Positions 38,421 through 51,810 of a DNA stretch of 64,000 bases are shown here, one piece after another (within the stretch, counting starts at the first letter, position 1; every line of letters begins with the position of its first letter). Made by a program: the position numbers and the translations under genes. The stretch is from the human T2T-CHM13v2.0 reference genome, Homo sapiens. The notes below the pieces were generated by a model that searched no databases, was not told the origin of the DNA, and saw only the letters and a list, made by a program, of their open reading frames with translations. The stretch is taken from NCBI RefSeq assembly GCF_009914755.1, contig NC_060944.1. The stretch is one strand, 5' to 3'.

Positions 38421-39120
38421 ATAAAATTTGTATTAAAATGTAACTCAGAGAAAAGACAACACTAAGCATAATAAGTATATAGCTTGAAGAATTTTCAAAA
38501 CTCAACACACTCATGCAACCAACACTCAGACCAAGAAACAATATCATCACCGGAACCCCCCCCTCAGTATTCTGTCCTCCAGTCACTACTACCCCCTTCC
38601 CCCAAAGGTAACCACTGTTCTGACTTCTAGCACCATAAACTAATTTTGCCTATGTTTTTAATCTGACATAAATTAAATAACATAGAATGTTATCTTTGGT
38701 GTCTGACTTCATGCATTAACATGTTTGTAAAGTACATTCATGTCATTTTGTGTGGGCTGCAATCCATTCATTGTAATAGCTTGATAGTAATTCATTGTAT
38801 CAATAAACCACATTTATTTACCCATTAGAGTGTCATGGCCATTTTTGTTATTCTTAGTTTTGGTTATTAGAAATAGTGCTGCTATGAGCTTTTCTGCACA
38901 AGTCTGTGGTGAACATATCCATGCATTTTGTTGGAGTATAACTGCTGAGTTTTAAGTTGTACATACATTTTCATCTTTACTGGATGCTGCCAAACGGCTT
39001 TCCAAAATGGTCATACCATTTACATGCCAAGCAGCCGTAAATCAGATTTTCAGTTTCCTCCACATTCTTGTCGAAACTTAATATTGACTATGGTTTTATT
39101 GTAGCCATTTTGGTGGGTAA
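38421..39120 (-). mobile_element. L1ME-type 3' end
   Basis: gtatatagcttgaagaattttc...aaggtaaccactgttctgacttctagcaccata...gctgccaaacggctttccaaaatgg. Confidence 0.8.
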
Positions 39121-40009
39121 GGCAAACCAAAAATACCATTAAAATCAGCACAGAAGTCCCCTTGCCCCAGTACTGATGTTTCATTGCATCTTAAGGAAAC
39201 TTCTTTTATGGGAGTAATCACCACAGGATGGATAGTTTAGTCCATATCTATAAAGGACTTGAAACAATTTAAAATGACTCACAGGGCAGCTGCATCAGGG
39301 TATTAAACATTTCAGTACAGGAAGTAGTCTAGGTTTGTCATTGATCCATATCATAAAGTTCTTTTTCAGGGCAGACTGAACCTGGAAATTCCTCTTCACC
39401 CACTAAGTTCAGAGGGTGTCACTCTCTTCAGCCGCCATAATGAAGAATGTGTGCATGCATTTGAGAGAGTGAAAGAACCAGAGACTACAGAGGTCACAGA
39501 ACAGTTTATAACCTTGTAGTATCTGACATTTCCTGATACTTGGTGCTAGTAGATCAAAATTTACCGTGAGTATTGAAAAAGCAAAATCCTTAAATTATGG
39601 CATTGATTGTATATAAGTAGCAAGGACCCTGGATATTCAATCAATAGTGCGTGTGTTTGTGTGAGCATATGTATATACATAAAACATTTACTTTGAGAAT
39701 TAAAAGTAGCTATTTCTCTGTAATTAGTATTGGGAACTGGGTACAAAAAATTGATCACTCTAGTGAGATAGGTGTGGGAGAAATAGAACGAACAAATTAA
39801 AAACTGATGAAGAAAATGGTATTCAAGCTGTCCCAGGAGAAGGATATTTGTCTTAGGTATGACTGACTAAAGGTTTCAATAATTCTCCATTGACATAAGT
39901 TACAATTAATGCTATTTTTGTCATGTTATATTACAGTCAGTTTCCAATTTCCAGAATCCTCATGTGTCTTTTGGGTACTAAAGGAACAACAACTAAATTT
40001 CACTGTCAC

Positions 40010-41180
40010 TGCATCAGTTGTCTATTGCTACAGTTACGCTGTGTAACATTCACAAAACCTCAGTCCCATACAGAAATGAGCATTTATAGTTAGGTTATGA
40101 GTTTGTGGGGTTCGGCTGATCTCTGCTAGACTTGGCAGATTTTAGCTGGGCTTATGTGCCTTTGGTCATATTTGGCTTGGGTAGGTTACTCTGATGATCT
40201 TGGCTGGATTGCTCATATATCTGGAGGTTGGCTCATCTAGGATGGCCATAGCTGACATAATTGGGAGCAACTTGGCGCCACCCTAAAACTCAGTGGCATA
40301 CAACAATAAGCATTTATTTACTTCATAAAGCTGTGGGTCAGCTGGCTGGTTCTTCTGGTGTTGGCTGGTGTATTAATCATCTATTGTTGCATAGCAAATT
40401 ACACAAACTTAGTGCCTTAAAACAATACACATTTATATCTGACACTTTCTGTGGGTTAGGAATCTAGGTAACAGTTAGCTGGGTTTTATGCTTCTGGGTC
40501 TTACCAGGCTCCAGTCAGTACTGGCTAGGCTGTGCTTTTATCTGGAGTTTCAACTGGGGAGGGGTCTGCTTCAAATTCACTCTGGTTGTTGGCATAATTC
40601 AGTTTCCTATAGCTGTAGAATTGAGGCTCTAAGTTCCTAAAACCTTCCACATTGCTTTTCCTTCTGCCACACGGGCCTCTCCACATTTCATATGTGGCTT
40701 CTTTCTTTGAGGCTTGCTGGAGTGTCAGAGCCACTCTAGTGAAATGGTCTTATATAAATAATGTAATCATATGAGTGAAATCCTATCACCTTTGCCATAT
40801 TCTGTTGATTAGAAACAAGTCACAGGCCTCACCCACATTCAAGAGGAGAAGGTTGCATAAACTGATGGACCCCAGGAAGTAGGAATCATTGGGAGTCACC
40901 TTCGGGTCTATCTGCTTCAGCTGGGCTTGCTCACATGTCTTGAGATCAGTGAACTGACTGCACATGTAGGAAACATGTTCACATGGCAAACATAGAGATG
41001 ACAAGAGTGACAGTAGTAAGGCACAAGTGATTTTTTTCGGCTCTCTGCTTGCATCCCATCTGATAACATCCCATTTGCCAAACTACATCACACGGTTCAG
41101 AGACAGAGTGGGAAAACAGTGCAAGATTGCACGGTAAATGGTGTGGATACACGAAAGGTGAGGAATTCAGGCCATGAACA
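40010..41180 (-). mobile_element. Cluster of MLT1G/H-like LTR pieces with a nested MLT1F
   Basis: Repeated MLT1 starts (ctattgct...aaaacctcagt...gcattta) at about 40010 and 40275; the host resumes at 40920 with gctgggcttgctcacatgtc. Confidence 0.7.
40369..40919 (-). mobile_element. MLT1F-like solo LTR nested in an older MLT1
   Basis: TG...CA, about 550 bp, 5-bp TSD GCTGG at 40364-40368 and 40920-40924. Confidence 0.85.
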
Positions 41181-41687
41181 CTTCAACTGGGTAATCCAAA
41201 AATTCAACCTATGTAAATCTCATCCCCCTCTTCCTCTGGCAAGCATTTCTGGAAGAACCAAGGGTCTCATTTGGTGTCTCACACGTGCTCACAACCCTGG
41301 GTGTTTCCCCTGCTCTGGCATCCCTTCCAGGCCCTCTGCTGCCGGCAAACTCCCATATAGATAGGAACTTTCATGAGCTCCCTCTGCTACCTTTCATGAA
41401 AACATTAATGTCTGGCAGATGTGCTTTTCCCAGGACTTTAGAAGCTAAATACCCTTTCTGTTTCCTACCAGCAGAGGGGAGAATATTGATCTTACTCACT
41501 GTGTCCTATTCCTCATCTCATAGAATAATTTATGAAATCATTATCTGCTCATCAACTCCTCTCTTTTCACGGGTGAGGCCAAACTCATAGTATCCTCCCC
41601 ACTCACCCACCATGTATTCCAATACCTGTAGAACTAACCAACCTGTGTTCTCTCCTGATTTAAAGAATGCTCCAGCACTTATTACAG

Positions 41688-41855
41688 GTCAGTGCCTCTC
41701 AGTGCTGAGTGCACATTAGCGTCACCCAGGGAGCTTTAAAAAATTCCTATGCCTGAGATGGATCCAAGAACAATCTCTGGGAATCAATTCCAGACATTGA
41801 CATTTTAAAAACTTCCCCAAACAGTTCTGATGCACAACTGAGATTGAGAACTCCT
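41688..41855. mobile_element. MER5B-like MITE
   Basis: tgcacattagcgtcacccagggagctttaaaaaattcctatgcctg...ttctgatgcacaactgagattgagaac. Confidence 0.75.
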
Positions 41856-42424
41856 ATGATACACAGACATGTAGACCAGGGTGTCTTAAATAACAATTGC
41901 CCTTAGGATTTTGGAACTTGAAGCAGGTAGAAAAATTCATTTATATTTGACCATGGTAAAAGCATTGTCCTCTTCAAGGAATTTTTCAGTGAGAAGCCTT
42001 TAGATACAGATGAGGCACATTTGCTTTGAGATATCTTCTTATCCAACACCCTGGCACCACAGAGAGCGAACTCAAATCCCATAGGGACTTATTCACTTGT
42101 CCAGGGTCATACAACTAATAAGGCACAACTAGGACTGGGTTCCAAATCTGTCATCTTTTTCCATCTTCAACATCAATCTATTTTCAAAGCATGGATTCAA
42201 AATAAAAATTTTGGTCGTAAACAGTTAAGTTCTATAATTTTCCCAATATACATGAAACAACAGTTTTTGTTGTTGACCAAGCTTAGAAGCAGGTCCTTCA
42301 GAAATTAATGGAAAATTCCAGAAAAAAAAATGGAATGAAGTTTTCTGAGGTAAAACTTCAAAAAGGTTATCTAGTGCCCTTGGCTCCAAAGCTTTCTGAT
42401 CATTCTGACGATTAAGCATTAAGT

Positions 42425-42655
42425 TTTTTTTTTAAATTTTTTTAAATAGAATTTTAAAACAAGTTTTAGAATTACAGGAAAATTTAAAATATAGTACAAA
42501 GAGTTCCCATATACCTCTTCACCCAGTTTCCTCCTCTATTGCGATCTTACATTAGTATGGTATATTTGTTACAATGAGTGAACCAATACTGATACATTCT
42601 CATTAATTAAAATGCATAGCTTCTTCATACTGCCTTAGGTTTTACCTAATATTAA
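42425..42655 (-). mobile_element. L1MC1/2-like 3' end
   Basis: agttttagaattacaggaaaatt...gagttcccatatacc...atttgttacaatgagtgaaccaatactgataca. Confidence 0.8.
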
Positions 42656-42669
42656 TTTTCTCTTTTTGA

Positions 42670-43130
42670 AAAAAATAATTTCAACTCTTATTTTAGACTC
42701 AGGGGTACACGTTCAGGTTTGTTACCTGGATATATTGTGTGATGCTGAGGTTTGGGATATGATTGATCCTGTTACCCAGGTACTCAGCATGATACCCAAG
42801 AGTCAGTTTTTCAACCCTTTCTTCCTTCCTGCCTCCCTTCTTTAGTAGTCCCCAGTGTCTACTGCTGCCATCTTTATGTCCACGAGTACCCTCTATTTAG
42901 CTCCCCTTTATAAGTGGGAATATGTGGTATCTAATTTTCTGTTTTTGTGTTTATTTGCTTAGGATAATAGCCTCCAGCTGCGTACATGTTGCTGCAAAGG
43001 ACATGATTTTGTTGGTTTTTTTATGGCTGTGTAGTATTCCATGGTGTACATGTACCACATTTTCTTTAAGCAGTACGCTCTTGATGGGTGCCTGGATTGA
43101 TTCCATGTCTTTGCTATTGTGAATAGTGCT
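42670..43130 (-). mobile_element. L1PA15/16-like 3' end
   Basis: ttttagactcaggggtacacgttcaggtttgttacctgga...gctgcaaaggacatgattt...ttccatgtctttgctattgtgaatagtgct. Confidence 0.88.
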
Positions 43131-43437
43131 AAGCCTCAAGTCTTGAAGGGTATACTGGAATGCCTCTGTGTACTATTTATTATTGAAAACGTTGGCTGTT
43201 TTAATTCTAATTTAGATACGCAGCTGTTTGGGGGACATAAAGAAATACATAGTATTATTTGAAGTCTTCATGTGTATTTAATGTCTTTAAAGAAAGCTTC
43301 TTTAAAGTTGTTAATTCTTGAGGAAAGGAAAAATTCAGGTATGTACAACATACATATAGCTCCTTGTGCTATGTAAAATGTGGGAAAGTAAATTCTAAAA
43401 CTGTGGATCACAAGCTGTAATTAGCAATCTAGAGTGA

Positions 43438-43975
43438 TGTACTAGCTACGTCTTTTATTTTTGGGGTGCTGATGCTTTGACATTTGGGGCATTGCTGATC
43501 CTGGGGTCACTACCCTTCCAAGGGTTTGTCGATTCCAAGAGGCAGTGAACAACTCACCTGTTACACACCTTTCAAATGCAAACCAACCAATTCAGAGCCC
43601 CCATCCGACCTACCTCCTTTGTCTGGCTCTCACACTCCAGGCCGCTATCCACCTAATCTCCCCAGGGCCAGGGACCAAACAAGTAGGGATAACCCCCTTA
43701 CCCCAAATCCTGGGGGAATTATTCAATCCTAAGCCTGCTTACCCTTCCTGGCAGTTCCTGCCCATGGGAACCACAGTCAAGGCTCTCGTCCACATTTCTC
43801 CCATCTCCCTCTGCCTCCTGAGCCACCCAGATCTTTCCCATGTGGCCCTGTCCATGGTGTGGGGTGGCCCCTTCTCTTGGAAACTGTGCAGAATACACTG
43901 TCTTTTCAGTGCCAGTGGTCTCCTGATCTGTTGGCCCTGCCTTACCAAAACAACAATAAAACCTGTATTAAAACA
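43438..43975 (+). mobile_element. MER74A-like ERVL solo LTR, apparently inserted into a MER5A remnant
   Basis: gatgctttgacatttggggc...atgcaaaccaaccaat...aataaaacctgtattaaaaca; 5-bp TSD AGTGA at 43433-43437 and 43976-43980; MER5A-like sequence follows to about 44060. Confidence 0.88.
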
Positions 43976-44324
43976 AGTGAGATATAAGAGCTTGCATTCC
44001 TAACATGTTCCTAGGTGACGGTGATGCTGCTCATCTTGGGGACACACTTTGAGTACAACTTTCCTAAAACACTTGAAGGCAGCCATGTTCTTGTCTGTTA
44101 GTGGGAGAAGGAGGGTGAGGGACAAAATCTGATGGAGGTGTCCTCTGGGAACCTACAGAAAATAGATATTTTTGTCAAAGCTGTTTCATCCACTTAATCA
44201 TTATACTGTTGTGCTTATTAAATCATTTTACCACCTATTTGAGTCCTCCTCTGAAAGCCTTGTTATTCTTCCATCCTAATACTAGGGTCTTTGTTGAATT
44301 ACTTGTGAGAGAATTCAACAATAC

Positions 44325-44940
44325 AAAAAGGTGGTTAAGAATATTGGTTTTAAGTTTGGCTGTGGTTCTGTCAATGAGTTGTATGACCTTGGGAAATTGT
44401 CAATGAGTTGCATGACCTTGGGAAATTCATCTCATATATCTAGGCCTCAGTCTCCTCTTCTGTAACTTGGCAATAACAGCAATACCTATCTTAATCTATT
44501 TATGCTGCTCCAACAAAAATACCTTAAATGGGATGCTTTATAAACACAAATTTATTTCTCACAGTTTTGGAGGCTGGGAAGTCCAAGATCAAGTTGCCAG
44601 CAGATTCTGTGTGTGGCAAGGGCCCGCTTTCTCATAGCCAGCACCTGCTTGCTGTGTCTTCACATGGTGGAAGGGGTGAGTTAGCTCTCTGGGGTTTCTT
44701 TTGTAAGGCCACTGATCTCATTCATGAGGACTTGGCCCTCAAGACCTCATCACCTCCCAAAGGTTCTACCTTGGGAGCTAGAATTTCAGCATATGAATTT
44801 TGAGGAGGATGCAAAACATTCAGTCTGTTACACTACCTCATAGGGTTAATGTTAGGATTAATTGAGCTAAATGTCAAGAAAATACTTAGGAAGGTCCATG
44901 GCACATAATTCGATTTTGAAATGTTAGCTATTGTTATTGA
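44325..44940 (+). mobile_element. MIR split by MLT1A; contains a 29-bp tandem duplication at 44369-44427
   Basis: gtggttaaga...TGTCAATGAGTTG(T/C)ATGACCTTGGGAAAT x2...gcctcagtctcctcttctgtaa | ctacctcatagggtt...aggattaa. Confidence 0.8.
44487..44832 (-). mobile_element. MLT1A-like solo LTR
   Basis: atttatttctcacagttttggaggctgggaagtccaagatcaag...atatgaattttgaggagg...acattcagtc; degenerate TSD atacc / ctacc. Confidence 0.88.
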
Positions 44941-45856
44941 AGTTATTTTGGGTATAAAATGCAGGATTACCATCAATTTCATTGTCTTGCCATTTATATG
45001 ATATAATTTTATGCCTGGAGTTTTGAATTGAGAACAATGGCATACAATTAAAAGAATCTAAAAATAAGATCCGACTACATTTGTTATTCTACAAAGCAGA
45101 AAACCAAAATCCACAGATGAAAGTTTCTGACATTGTTCTCTAAGTGATGAAACTACAAGATCCTGGGATATGATCTTATTCCAGGATTTTATGTCAGAAG
45201 AAAGTTGTTTTTTTCCAGGATATGCCTCATTTTCAGTCCTGCTGTTGGCAAGCCCAATGATGCAATGATGCACGGTGTAATTTCTCCCAGGGTGGCACAT
45301 GATCAGAGTAGTGGCTGCACAAAAACGGCTCATCCAGTCCAACGTGTCTTTTATGTGCCTCACTTTTGAGGCATACCGATTCCCATGGCAGACAAGTTTT
45401 ACTTGTAAGCACGTGGAGGTAGTCTATCAGGAGGAAGGAAAATCACTATTTCTTCTTTTATGCCCATCACCGACATCAGTGACAGATATGCTTAATTATA
45501 GTATCCTATTTATTTGTGAGGACCAAAGCAGTAGGAAAAAAGTATTTAAATTTCCAGATACCCAGCTGTGTCAAGATTAAATTTAGTCAGTTTTGCATTT
45601 ATGTAGCATTTTCAACAATAAAATATAAGGGACATCTGATTTTCTCATAAGCTAAAAGAATTGCCACAATTTAGCTCAGGGGAGAAAGATAATACATTTC
45701 AGTGGTAAAGACAGGAAGCTGAAGAGTATTTGAATAACGGGGATTGCGTGTGCTGAACAAGTCACGATAGGATAACTGAGAATGGTGTGGAGGGGATTTT
45801 TACACTGAATGGGGGTTAGGGATGTGGGTATAACCAATGTCTCCCAAGGTTGAAGG

Positions 45857-46065
45857 CAGTGTTTTAAAAACTGTGGCTGATAACACACATATGGGTCACA
45901 ACTAGTGTTTTTTAGAAAAACAAATAGGAAAGAACAAGAAACATCAGAGTGCATTACAATTTGTAAAGGTAAGTGTGTGTGTGTATGTGTGTGTGTGTGT
46001 AATCTGCAAAATACAACCTGTTTTTTTCAGTGTGTCATGGCTAAAAAAGAGTTTGAAAAATATAG
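45857..46065. mobile_element. Old hAT-Charlie-type non-autonomous element with internal (TG)n
   Basis: cagtgttttaaaaactgtgg...catcagagtgcat...gtaaaggtaag...aaaaaagagtttgaaaaa. Confidence 0.5.
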
Positions 46066-46854
46066 CCTTAGTTATTTCTTGAAATGATTTATTTGGGATG
46101 CTGACCCAGACCAGAGCTAAATAACATTGAATCCCAATTGTGAGATGCCTTTTTGATCCCTTTTCCATCTCTTTCCTTTCTTCTGATTAGATAGACAATC
46201 TCCATTTCCTGCTAATGCATCTCCATCGCCTCTCTAACTCTTGTGAGTCTCCCTTTTAAAGGGAGAGAAGCAGGCCTCAGCCTTGGAGTCTAGGGCAGGA
46301 AGAGTTTCTGCTTATTTTCTGTTATGTTCTATTGGAGCTTCTCATATACTTCAGTTTCCAAATTTCTATTTCCACTTTGTCCCACGAAGATTTATTGTTT
46401 TCTTTTTCAATGACTTGATTTAAGCAAGAAGAAATTGATGGGAAGGAATATTAAAGAGTACAGCTATGGCAAACAATCCTGGCGGTGGTCTGGTACTGGC
46501 AGGGGAGGGGAGGCTGTTGGGGCAGGAGTGGGCTCAAGTGTCTTTGGTTGCATCACCTTCCCACAATTCTGGGCAGTCTGATGGCCTTGCCCTTGACAAG
46601 CACAACTGGAGGCCTCTTCTTTGAGTAGATCAGACTGATTGCCAAGGGCATTTTCAGACTTCCCAGGTGTCGCAGGTGACAACTGCATTTTCTCTACAAA
46701 AATTAAGAAGACACAGGTGAATATATCCCAGGAAGTCCCCAGTGCTGGCCTCTCAATGTGGATATCCAGCTAATGCACTGATATTTTTTACCAGAGACAA
46801 TGATTGGGTCTTGGAACTATTCATTTTTTCTTAGATTGACCACACCATGCTGAT

Positions 46855-47146
46855 TATATATATATATTATACATATATTATATATAATATATATATAATT
46901 TATAGATATAATATATAATATCTATAAATTATATATAATATATAATATCTATAAATTATATATAATATATAATATCTATAAATTATATATATAATATATA
47001 ATATCTATAAATTATATATATAATATATAATATCTATAAATTATATATATAATATATAATATCTATAAATTATATATATAATATATAATATCTATAAATT
47101 ATATATATAATATATAATATCTATAAATTATATATATAATATATAT
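46855..47146 (+). repeat. AT-rich minisatellite: 8 units of 27-29 bp plus one inverted unit
   Basis: TCTATAAATT recurs at 46921, 46948, 46975, 47004, 47033, 47062, 47091 and 47120. Confidence 0.95.
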
Positions 47147-48896
47147 TTTCTTATGGTTAAGTATTGCTTCAGCAGGAATAGACCACCAATTGGATGGGAA
47201 AATCAAATGGGGCGATAATGCAGATCCTGCTAGGGACAGATAACTGAGCTCACATGCCCAGGTTCAGCGGCCACCCTGAGATCTGGCTACCTGGCCTTGC
47301 CAGGTCTCTATGGAAAATTATTTAGGGCCTTTGTGTGCAGGGGAACCTGAGAAAACTGAGTGCAGTCTGAAGCCTGAAGTGTAACAGGCCCTGCTCTCCT
47401 TTGTGTGATGGAAGAGCCTAAAAATAATACAGAGGTAACAGGTGTTAACTCAGGCATTAGTTGTCTTTCCTGGAACAGATAACACCCCTTTTAACAGCAA
47501 GAGTAAGTAGCTCAGAAGGGTAAATTGAGCGTTGCCTTTCTCCTGTCTGAGACTTTTCTGTGTCAACCCAGGGCTAATTTTCTCTTTCCTCCAATTGGCT
47601 TGGCCCAGTCATTGCTGTGATTTCCTCCCCTGACCTCCAGAGTGAGACCAGGAGAGGTGCCAACATGCCCATCTGTGTGCTTAACGAACTTGCTACTTCA
47701 TCACTAGAGCCAAAGTGACCACTCGGTCCCTTCCCCTGTGGTCATGGGTAGAGTAGGAGCCATGTTGGTCTCTTGTGTTTCAAGACTTAGCTTCCACCCC
47801 AAGCTGTGGTGTTGTCTTTTCCCAAAATCCCTCCTTGAGCAACATAATTTGGGAGGCAATGCTTTGATCCTGATGGAAGACAACTTTGTGAAAGCAGGTT
47901 GCAGATTTTGAGGGAAAGGCTCAAATTGCCCTGGGCATGGCTTTGCATGCACTTGCTTGCCAATTTGAGTAGGGAGGAAGTGCAGCCAGAATGAATTGCC
48001 CGGGCGATTTATGCCTTTGGCAAGTTGTTCAAGGGCTTGAGAGAAAGAGGAGAGGGGACCAAAGGCTCCCATTACAACTTAAAAATAGCCAGCCTTGGGC
48101 TCCTCCTCTTCCTGCTCCAGGCTCCTCTGATCACAGGGAGAGCTTTGAAAGGGATTCCCCTCCCCCTGCCCCGTCTCCCTCTCCCCTCCCTCCCTTCTTC
48201 TACTCCATCCATGACGCCAGTTCATTTGAATGGCAAGATTTTTCTGAGCTGGGATAAGCGAGATACAGGAAATCACTATTGAAAGACTTCTTTATTCTTG
48301 GTGTCATCATCACCTTAGTATGAGGGACAACCAGAGGGCCCAGTGACGAAAGAGGAGGCCTGGACCAGCCAGGATGTCCAAGGACCCAGAGGTAATAGAA
48401 ATGAAACTGATTATCCACAGAGGTCAGCGGCCACAGCCGAGGTGGTGAACCTCACTTTCCAGGGTCACGTCAATGGGACTTTACATCAACCCTGAAACTT
48501 CAGAGAGTTTTAGATACTTTGTCATATTGCTAATGACAGTCATGATGGGTGGAGGTGGAGGGTGAAAACTACAGCACTCTTCCCCACTCTCCCCATAAAT
48601 TCTTGATGCTTTGTTCACCTATGTAAACCAGAATTATGTGGTGACCCAATAAGATTTTTTAGACTGAATATTAAGCAAGATCTCCCCTAATTTTGAGTTG
48701 ATTGCACTCTGCGATCACTGAGCTCAAACCTGAAGTGATTCTGTTTATACCAAGGCTTGTTCAAGATTTGGTTTCCAAAATGGGTAGGGGAGGCTCCTTT
48801 CTTACCTACTGGGCCACTCAAAATGTTTAGATTGCTGAGAATGGAGTAATTGTCCTTTTCTGTTACTGAAACATCTATGCCACATATATTTAGATG

Positions 48897-49436
<540 letters not shown>

Positions 49437-51009
49437 GATTTAGATAACTCAGAAAACAGACTGTGTTTCCTTATTGTAGACTTCATGGTAAAACTATAGA
49501 GACTCAATAGATGACTTCTATCAGGCGGCCGAAATACTTATTTTGGAGCTTGAAACTTTTATGAAATGTCGCCAATACAGAAATGACATGGACTTGAATA
49601 CAATTATGACCAACCACATGGAATCATGCTCATTGTCACAGGATTACTTTAGAATGAATGCATGTGTGTATGTTGCATCTTACTCCCTTCAGTAACATTC
49701 ATTTACAAATTGGAGAAACATTTCTGACTAGAGAAAAGAACTGGTCTCAGGAGATTAGAAAGTAGCAATTTAGAATTTAGAAAAATTTCTTAAGAACCTT
49801 CTAAGAAGAAAAGTGATCATTTTCTGGGACCAGAAAATGGGACCAGAAAACAGGATAATTTTCTGAGACCAGAAAACACTTGCTGTAAGTCCCATTATAG
49901 ATGGCATCATTTTGTGTTTTTATGTTCTGCAATAAATGACAGCTAAGCTACTAGAATACACTGGGATGAGAAAAATTCTCTCTCTGCTTTGCAAGGTTTC
50001 TCATAACCTTAAAATAACATGCATTTTTCCCCCTTGCTCAGGCACCATTCCCCAGTGTTGCATGGCTGCTCTTAGAAGGAAATAGGTTGGATCTGAATGA
50101 AAAAAGAAGGGCCAGATTCTAAGTGAAGAGGTAAATTTAAGAGACATGTACTTTTGGAAACATGAGATCTAGGGCACCTATGAGTTTTTGAAATAAATCT
50201 TTTGGTAACATAATCAATGTTTTGTGTGTTTTCTTAAAAAATTTGCATAATGGACTCTCCCCATAGGACAGTCCCAGTGTCTCCGAACAGTGATTGTAAT
50301 CCTGCATGCTTGGTCATGTGTGGCTTATTAACCTCAAATTTCAAACCCAGAGCCAGAAGTGGCAGACTGTGGAAGGCACCACGTGGCCAAAAGCAAGACC
50401 CCAGAATAAAATGGGCCGTAGCTTTGTACACCAAATGCTGCTCCCACATAGGGCATCTTTGTGAAAGCAGTCATTATTTGCAGAGACAACACCTGCTAAC
50501 CTTTTCAGAGACTAATAGAAAATGGTTTGGGTGGTCTTGTAGATCTCATTCTTCTCTCCTAACTCTCCTATCTCAAACAGTTTAATTTCACTAGAAGTAC
50601 ATGTTTTCATGTGGTTTTCAATCACTGTGAAGGAAATAAAAGTTATTTTTGAACTTTTTTGAAGCATAAATCAGGGCCATTTATATCCATTATTCTCAGT
50701 GTTAGAAACACACAAAATATTTTAGTTGGCAATATATCTTTTTTTCTTAATAGAATTATGCTGAGGCTAGGACCTCTTTTGAAACCTGTTTATTTTCTAT
50801 ATTATTTCTTTTGCCAGTCAGACTTTCTTAAGAGCAAAGGTTGTTACACTTGGGTTTTCTGTGTTGAGAATTCAATAGGGCTGAATAAATTTGCGGTCTC
50901 CTGATTTGCCAGTTCATATCTAGAACTTGACCTTTTTTTTTAATATCCCATGTTACTGAAGCAGATTTACTAATATAATCTGGAATTTTTACTTTCAGGC
51001 CTGAAAGAA

Positions 51010-51140
51010 ACCTTAGCTCTAACATTGTAGAACCTTGTGATTTTACAGATGTGGAAACTGAAGTATAAACATGTTCACTGAAAGTCAGACAGGGACTCAT
51101 GGGAAAAAATACAGAAGCAGACATGGGACCCCAAATCTCT
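51010..51140 (-). mobile_element. MIR fragment
   Basis: attttacagatgtggaaactgaag. Confidence 0.6.
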
Positions 51141-51454
51141 ATCTTGTTCTATTCCCATTATGGCCAATGCTACAAACAGTATTTGACAATCTAGTAGCAA
51201 ATAAAGTAATGTGCCATTTCCACTTTCTGGTTCATTTATTGAAGTTTTTCTGCCTACTCCTATCAATGCATAAATCATGGAAGGGAGTCCTTAAGACTCC
51301 AAAACCCAAGAACACAAGTTTATCATTTTTTGAATTTGTGGATTATTTATTTGACAGTGGCTGGCCTTGAGAAAAATCCTTAGCTGAAAAAGCATTTTTA
51401 CATTCCTGAGAAAATAACTTTTCCTTTGGTCTAGCATTATTTATCTTTCCTTTT

Positions 51455-51810
51455 TTATAATAAATTTTATTATGTTTATTTTGAAACGTACTTTTACAAG
51501 GAGAGAGAATATTCTTTTAAACCCTCACAATCCACTTCGGATTCAACAATTACTGAGGGCTTGCAACACTTGTTTAATCTATTCCTTTTCCTCTCTGTTT
51601 TTTTCTGAATTATTTAAAAGCAAATTCCAAGTGTCATTTTATTTCACCCCTACATTCCACATTACACATCTCTAAAGAGTTATGGATATTTTGCTGCATA
51701 AACCTAATGCTATTATCACACCTAAAAATTATAATTACAAGGTCATCCAACATCCACTCAGTCTTACGACGTCCCCTCATTGCTTCAACAAACATTTTTA
51801 GAGTTGCCTT
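51455..51810 (-). mobile_element. L1MC4/5-like 3' end
   Basis: aattatttaaaagcaaattcc...atttcacccctaca...atgctattatcacacctaaaaa...tcatccaacatccactcagt. Confidence 0.7.

Noticed and set aside
46855-47146. Regularly spaced 27-29 bp units as a CRISPR-like array
   Set aside because: There are no unique spacers; it is a eukaryotic AT-rich minisatellite.
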